Shown one piece after another: positions 59,117 through 64,000 of a DNA stretch of 64,000 nucleotides. The notes beneath the pieces were generated by a model. That model ran no database searches. It saw nothing but the letters and a program-made list of their open reading frames with translations, and was not told the DNA's origin. The stretch is from a virus. Its lineage: Duplodnaviria > Caudoviricetes. Every line of letters starts with the position of its first letter. The first letter of the stretch is position 1. The stretch lies in IMG/VR virus record IMGVR_UViG_3300038679_000357, positions 64,001-128,000 of that record; one strand, 5' to 3'. Position numbers and translations under genes: made by a program.

Positions 59117-60124
59117 TCAGAATACATACCTAACAATCATGGTATCTCCTTCAGATAGCACTCCGTCTAACGTTAACCCATTCCAAGAAATTCTTGGAGG
59201 AGATAACAAAACAGTGAAATCATTTGAAGAAACCAAAGAAAATGACCCTGCCACCGCAACTTCAACCAATGATAACGGGTTTGGAGTATTCGAAAGTTCA
59301 ACATATTTGTTTGATATATCCGTGGCTGTAAGAGTAAAAGTTTGAGCTACATGAACATGGTTTGGTATAACCACACCACCATTTACCACAAGATCAGATA
59401 TGGCACCTGTAATTGTCATGCCGCCTTCGTAATATATAACTCCGCTACCAACAGTTATGGCATAATCTGGAAGAGTGCTGTAATCATCGTTTTCATAGCA
59501 CTGTATCTTTGCTCCATCAGAAGACATGATTCCGTAGGTTGTTCCAGAAAATACGCAAAAACTTACCGAAGCATCAACTCCTAATAAAAACAAACCTATA
59601 TTTCCATTTAACTTTGAAGAGGCATGAAAATAACATCCTGACACATACACTGGAGTGCTTGAACCAGACGCGGTAACGCAAGAATAATACATACTATCTT
59701 CAGCTATAATGGATAAGTTATATATCCTTGTCACACACCTGATGTCAGAAATATCCAATCCAACTGGTAAAATCACAGATTGGTTAGTATGTCTATCGCT
59801 CTTGTCCTCCAGCATATTACCGACGATTTCAACTGTGCCGTTCATAAAGCCAGAGAAAGTAAGGCGATCCACCATTGACGAATACGTTCCATCAGCAAAT
59901 TGAAACGTCAATGTGTGTCCACCGAGGTCAACGAGTATGGCGTCAATCAAAGCTTGAGCGGCAGCAGACGTCATTGACGAATTAAAGTTCACGACTGTAT
60001 CAGACGTAAGAGAAAATAGACCAATAATGCCTGATGGAGTGGTAAAACCACCATTGGCGAACACCTCCGTACTTGCTGTCGGAGTTATCGGAAGATAATC
60101 ATTTGGAAATATTTTACTAGCCAT
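59117..60124 (-). CDS. Fibre-associated protein with one beta-helix module
   Basis: NFNSSMTSAAAQ..DLGGHTLTFQFADGTY module shared with 52790-56080; C-terminal module shared with 57715-59091. Confidence 0.7.
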   Translation of the reverse strand: MASKIFPNDYLPITPTASTEVFANGGFTTPSGIIGLFSLTSDTVVNFNSSMTSAAAQALIDAILVDLGGHTLTFQFADGTYSSMVDRLTFSGFMNGTVEIVGNMLEDKSDRHTNQSVILPVGLDISDIRCVTRIYNLSIIAEDSMYYSCVTASGSSTPVYVSGCYFHASSKLNGNIGLFLLGVDASVSFCVFSGTTYGIMSSDGAKIQCYENDDYSTLPDYAITVGSGVIYYEGGMTITGAISDLVVNGGVVIPNHVHVAQTFTLTATDISNKYVELSNTPNPLSLVEVAVAGSFSLVSSNDFTVLLSPPRISWNGLTLDGVLSEGDTMIVRYVF

Positions 60125-60134
60125 TCTTCACCCA

Positions 60135-63100
60135 TCAATATTCCGTATAGATATTATTCCCATTCCAGTCAAGAATATCATTTCCATCCCAATCCTGTAA
60201 GAAAAATAATCCAGCATTCTCAGACGAACTGCTGCTTGAACTGCTACTTGATGAGCTATTACTTAAACTACTACTTGATGAACTATTGCTTGAGCTACTA
60301 CTTGAACAACTACTCGAAAAACTTGATGAACTTGATGAACTACAGCTTGACGAAGAACTAAATGACTGTGACGAGCTGCAACTTGACGAACTGCAACTTG
60401 ACGATGAACTAAAAGATTGAGAGCTACTACTCAATGAGCTTGACGAACTACTACTACTCGATGAGCTTGCAGATGATGACGATGGAGCAATAATCCTCAT
60501 GATTGCCCGAGACTGAAGCGAAGCTACATCTGCCACATTGTCTTGATCGCTCCATGACGGGTTCGTCCTCAACCAATCTGTCGTCCATCCATGAACACTT
60601 CCTCCGCTATGGATAACTCCCTCGTTGCGGATATTTTCTTCATCAACCCATTTAGGACGTTTAACATCGGAAACAACAGGAACAGCAAAGGCATCTACGT
60701 TGAATGGTTTTTCAATAAAACGCGATCCTCTAAGATAAAATGGATATTCAGACCCGCTTCCAGCAACTGGAGCAACTGACGAAGCAGATACTGTCAACAC
60801 GCTCCTGGAATACATCATCGTTCTAGTAAATGAATAATAACTAAACGACGCCTTTTTTGCCGGACCAGAATAAACTACGCCAACATCGCCGGTAAACCCA
60901 TCGAGAACCTGTCCATCAACGTCCAATGAAAAATTAACGTCAATCGGCATGTATGGATAATGAGAATCAAGATCATAAACAACATGTATCGTTTTTGCTG
61001 GACGGTCATCATAAATTCGAACGCCTGAAATAGAAATTCCAAGCCACGAATCAGAAACAGAAAATCTAGCTGTATGCTCGGAATAATTACCATCAGAATC
61101 GAATAATCCAAGCCTATACCTAATCACAGATGATGGTGATAAAATTGACGAAGATGGGAATTTATATTCCCTAGCATTTCCTGACTCATCGACAAATGTC
61201 GTCCAGGTCCCGCCGTCAACAGATGCTGACATTGACACAATAAATGGAGAAGGAGATGGAGATGAAAATTCAACAATAAAATCAGTATCACCAGATCGTG
61301 GCGGTCTGGTTTTTCCATCATCTCCATAAAAAACTATTTCATCAACGGTAAATAACGGAGCATCAAGATACAATGTTATTTCAGCTCCAGAAGCGACAGA
61401 AACAGACGAAAAAGAAACAGTCCCGATAGACGGAAGATTGTACGCTCCGGCGTCATTTCCGCTAGAATCAAAAAATAGCACAAGAGGTGTATCGGTAATA
61501 AATTGTGACTGACTTGGCATTACTCCAGGATAATCGCTCAAAACCCCTGAAGACTGAAACGCAGCAAGCATTCCATACATAGGAGATTGTGGGGCGGAAT
61601 ACTGTTGACTGCGACCAACAACAACGGTCCCAGTTTTTCCAGCATCACTACCGAACGAAGATGGAGAAAGACCAAACGCAGGAGTAACTGGAGAATCTCC
61701 TGGACACATTCCAGTAGTTAAAGTAGATAGTCCGTAGGCAGCCTCAAATACAAGAATTTCTTTCTGCTCTGTCGTTAAGGGGATCGGCGTACCGCCAACT
61801 ACATTGTAAAAATTAGGATATACCGTCCATAAATCAAAAAATTCAGCGGGAGTTTGGAGATAATCATCAAGAGAGAAATCATAAGATGATACTGGAGAAA
61901 GCGAAGATACACACTCTTTTAGAACCTGACGCCACCACATCGACACAATTAACACATGCGATTTATGTGTCCTCGTAACCCCATTACACACCTCGCTGGT
62001 AATAAACTCCAGCGAATACGCACCATGAACGCCGTAATCAATACTTTTTAAATAGCTATCCTGGGTTGCCGCAGGAACATTGAATGAAATAGCGCCTTCA
62101 TTAGTTAAATTACCAAGTGAATATCTTATGCCAGAGAATAAATCGCGAACAAATAATTCAGTAGAAGATGAAGATCCCACCGCCGTTATCTTACCATTAT
62201 CTATGACGTATCCATAACTCAATGATGGAATATCACTGTGAATGACGATTGATTGTCCAGTCATGGAAACAAGAGACTGAAGTCCAGATCCCTCCACCCA
62301 CGTATCGCGGAAACCAACAATTGGAATGTCCCTTCCAATCATCCCCCTTGGAGGACGCCTACCGTAAGATGAAATAAATGAGGAACCGTAAATACGCGAG
62401 TCCGATTCAGCAGACTTTATTAACTCTTTATCATTAACAATAGATGCAATCAATGGATGGCGCGGCGGAACTGGAGCGAACGACAAATTAGAAAATGAAT
62501 GATGCAATCCAGAAATCGACGATCCAAGAGACCGCCTCAAAGTTACATTGGATAGCCTATTGGAAGAAAAAACAACCTCTCTCATGCCATCCATTACTGC
62601 CGCAATCATTCCATCGGCATATTCGGTAGCCCATATCACATTAGAAAATAGCAAGGTATATGGAGAAGATGTACCCTTTTCTGAAGCATACTGTATGCCT
62701 TCGATCGACAATACTGGAAAATCATTTGGAAATTGATAAACCTTCACGGAATCGGTATCGGCAACGCATACTCTCGTAGAATTCGTAAATGTAGCTGATT
62801 TTGGAGAAGATAAGGAGAATAACTGAGTTTCATAAACAATCGTTCCAACGGATGGTTTTATTGCTCCGTCTATTGGATCTAGCCACTCTATGATATTTAC
62901 TTGATTAATAGCGGAAAGAGTAATACACAAGTTTCCAGTTGAAGGATCATAATCACAATGAACTGGTTCCACGCCAGGATCGTAAGAATACATCTCCGTT
63001 CCGTCAGACAAAATATCGGCAACAACTGTGTATGGAACAGTGTTATCGTAATCAGTCAGGAATATTCTAACCAATCCAGCCACCATGCGAGCGACTGCAT

Positions 63101-63554
63101 GAACATTCTTTGAGACTGCTCTGATCGGATTCCCATCCCACCACAAATATCCTTCGGAATATGATACCCCACCGCCAAACAACTTTCCAGGAACCGATGT
63201 GGTTGACGCTATGCCGGATGAAAAAACGTCAAATACCGTCGACACACCATCGGCGTAAGACGAAACAAGAAGAGTATTCGCTGGAGATATCTTTACCGAA
63301 ACATGCTCAGACTTTGATATGCCATTTGATTCCTGTCTCCATCTGACCACACATGGTCCAGAAATGACGGAAACAACCCCATCATCCACAGAATATGCCT
63401 CGGCGCAGGAAATGTCGGCGTCAGTCCTATAATCGCTCTCAGACGGTCTACGGTAAGAAAAAACAAAAGAATATGGCAGTGCTGAAGAGGGGGTTACGAC
63501 AAGATCGACGTACCCGTCCCCGATCGTAGATACGGCGATTGAGTATGTTGACAT
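60135..63554 (-). CDS. Large virion-like protein with 87-aa poly-Ser tract and acidic C-terminal peptide
   Basis: 1139 aa Ser/Val/beta-rich; tail LQDWDGNDILDWNGNNIYTEY. Confidence 0.7.
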   Translation of the reverse strand: MSTYSIAVSTIGDGYVDLVVTPSSALPYSFVFSYRRPSESDYRTDADISCAEAYSVDDGVVSVISGPCVVRWRQESNGISKSEHVSVKISPANTLLVSSYADGVSTVFDVFSSGIASTTSVPGKLFGGGVSYSEGYLWWDGNPIRAVSKNVHAVARMVAGLVRIFLTDYDNTVPYTVVADILSDGTEMYSYDPGVEPVHCDYDPSTGNLCITLSAINQVNIIEWLDPIDGAIKPSVGTIVYETQLFSLSSPKSATFTNSTRVCVADTDSVKVYQFPNDFPVLSIEGIQYASEKGTSSPYTLLFSNVIWATEYADGMIAAVMDGMREVVFSSNRLSNVTLRRSLGSSISGLHHSFSNLSFAPVPPRHPLIASIVNDKELIKSAESDSRIYGSSFISSYGRRPPRGMIGRDIPIVGFRDTWVEGSGLQSLVSMTGQSIVIHSDIPSLSYGYVIDNGKITAVGSSSSTELFVRDLFSGIRYSLGNLTNEGAISFNVPAATQDSYLKSIDYGVHGAYSLEFITSEVCNGVTRTHKSHVLIVSMWWRQVLKECVSSLSPVSSYDFSLDDYLQTPAEFFDLWTVYPNFYNVVGGTPIPLTTEQKEILVFEAAYGLSTLTTGMCPGDSPVTPAFGLSPSSFGSDAGKTGTVVVGRSQQYSAPQSPMYGMLAAFQSSGVLSDYPGVMPSQSQFITDTPLVLFFDSSGNDAGAYNLPSIGTVSFSSVSVASGAEITLYLDAPLFTVDEIVFYGDDGKTRPPRSGDTDFIVEFSSPSPSPFIVSMSASVDGGTWTTFVDESGNAREYKFPSSSILSPSSVIRYRLGLFDSDGNYSEHTARFSVSDSWLGISISGVRIYDDRPAKTIHVVYDLDSHYPYMPIDVNFSLDVDGQVLDGFTGDVGVVYSGPAKKASFSYYSFTRTMMYSRSVLTVSASSVAPVAGSGSEYPFYLRGSRFIEKPFNVDAFAVPVVSDVKRPKWVDEENIRNEGVIHSGGSVHGWTTDWLRTNPSWSDQDNVADVASLQSRAIMRIIAPSSSSASSSSSSSSSSSLSSSSQSFSSSSSCSSSSCSSSQSFSSSSSCSSSSSSSFSSSCSSSSSSNSSSSSSLSNSSSSSSSSSSSSENAGLFFLQDWDGNDILDWNGNNIYTEY
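60222..60482 (-). repeat. Poly-serine coding tract (73 Ser of 87 codons, 4 Cys)
   Basis: Counted from the translation; synonymous codons mixed. Confidence 0.95.
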
Positions 63555-63564
63555 TCCCGACGAC

Positions 63565-64000
63565 CTACACGGTAATTGTTATTCCGGACTCGCCGGATGG
63601 ACGCGCATCCTTTATCCTCCTGACAATTGAATCGCCGAAAGACCATTCGACGTTGCCCCAGGAATCAATGATGGCAACCCGGCTCGAATAAGACGAGGAT
63701 ACAGGATCATTCTCCACAATAACAAATTTATCCTGTGAGGAAACAGGATAGTCAGATATGGAAATGCACCCAGTGTCAATGGCTGGCCAAACAAAGTAGT
63801 CATACGTTCCATACTCAAGAAACACGTGTGAGAATGAAGAGCCAGGAGGAAGAACGCCAGAATCAAACTCGTCTCCGAAAAGAGACAAATCTGGATCGGC
63901 TTGGAATTGTATCAAATTAGTTGATCCAGACATAATTCTGATATTTAATGAACTGTTGTTAGTCCATGTAACACTAGTTCCAGACGGCATCGATGAATCA
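63565..64000 (-). CDS. Cupredoxin-fold-containing protein, C-terminal part (5' end outside window)
   Basis: GTSVTWTNNS...FDSGVLPPGSSFSHVF..YGTYDYF; frame stays open upstream of ATG 63990 to the window edge. Confidence 0.6.
   Translation of the reverse strand, partial: DSSMPSGTSVTWTNNSSLNIRIMSGSTNLIQFQADPDLSLFGDEFDSGVLPPGSSFSHVFLEYGTYDYFVWPAIDTGCISISDYPVSSQDKFVIVENDPVSSSYSSRVAIIDSWGNVEWSFGDSIVRRIKDARPSGESGITITV

Noticed and set aside
60222-60482. Microsatellite or CRISPR-like array
   Set aside because: It is a coding Ser tract with mixed codons; no constant-length repeat-spacer structure.
3497-63920. Many 60-170-aa ORFs nested in or antisense to long genes (e.g. 3497-3853, 9416-9916, 29748-30188, 47838-48218, 57858-58214)
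   Set aside because: They fully overlap well-supported genes, lack motifs and are expected shadow ORFs.
1-64000. Stop-codon reassignment (common in some jumbo phages)
   Set aside because: Code-11 ORFs tile the window, including 7-kb ORFs, and TAA, TAG and TGA all terminate genes at sensible boundaries.
1-64000. tRNA or rRNA genes
   Set aside because: Intergenic gaps are at most ~120 nt and none shows cloverleaf, T-loop (TTCGA) context or rRNA signatures.

Overview
The window is a 64-kb internal segment of a large (jumbo-type) tailed dsDNA phage. It is densely coding, about 50 genes, almost all on the minus strand, with many 1-4 nt start/stop overlaps. No tRNA, rRNA, CRISPR array, integrase or transposase was seen. 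Left half (1-30.9 kb) is a bacterial-style replication and recombination module: DnaE split into two genes, RecD2, RuvC, HolA, DnaN, DnaX, a stand-alone 5'-3' nuclease, a primase-type Zn finger, DnaB, a degenerate DnaC-like protein and a UvsW-like SF2 helicase. It also carries a SigH (Spo0H)-like sigma factor, a ClpA/C-like ATPase with a degenerate second motor, and GDP-mannose 4,6-dehydratase. Right half (30.9-64 kb) holds an HExxH protein, a tandem metallophosphoesterase, GT2 and GT4 glycosyltransferases, two giant (~2,400 aa) virion-like proteins and a set of tail-fibre-like genes that share modules. Three of these virion-like proteins end in poly-serine tracts. Strongest observations: (i) a SigH-type promoter motif (AGGA-N17/18-GAAT) sits 31-36 nt upstream of four separate genes, suggesting a phage-encoded SigH regulon; (ii) glycosyltransferases lie directly downstream of the virion gene run, suggesting O-glycosylation of the poly-Ser tracts; (iii) a vWA domain is interrupted by a ~1,470-aa insertion; (iv) DnaE is split without an intein and carries a duplicated pre-palm helix. 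All family assignments come from motif recognition by eye; no database searches were run.
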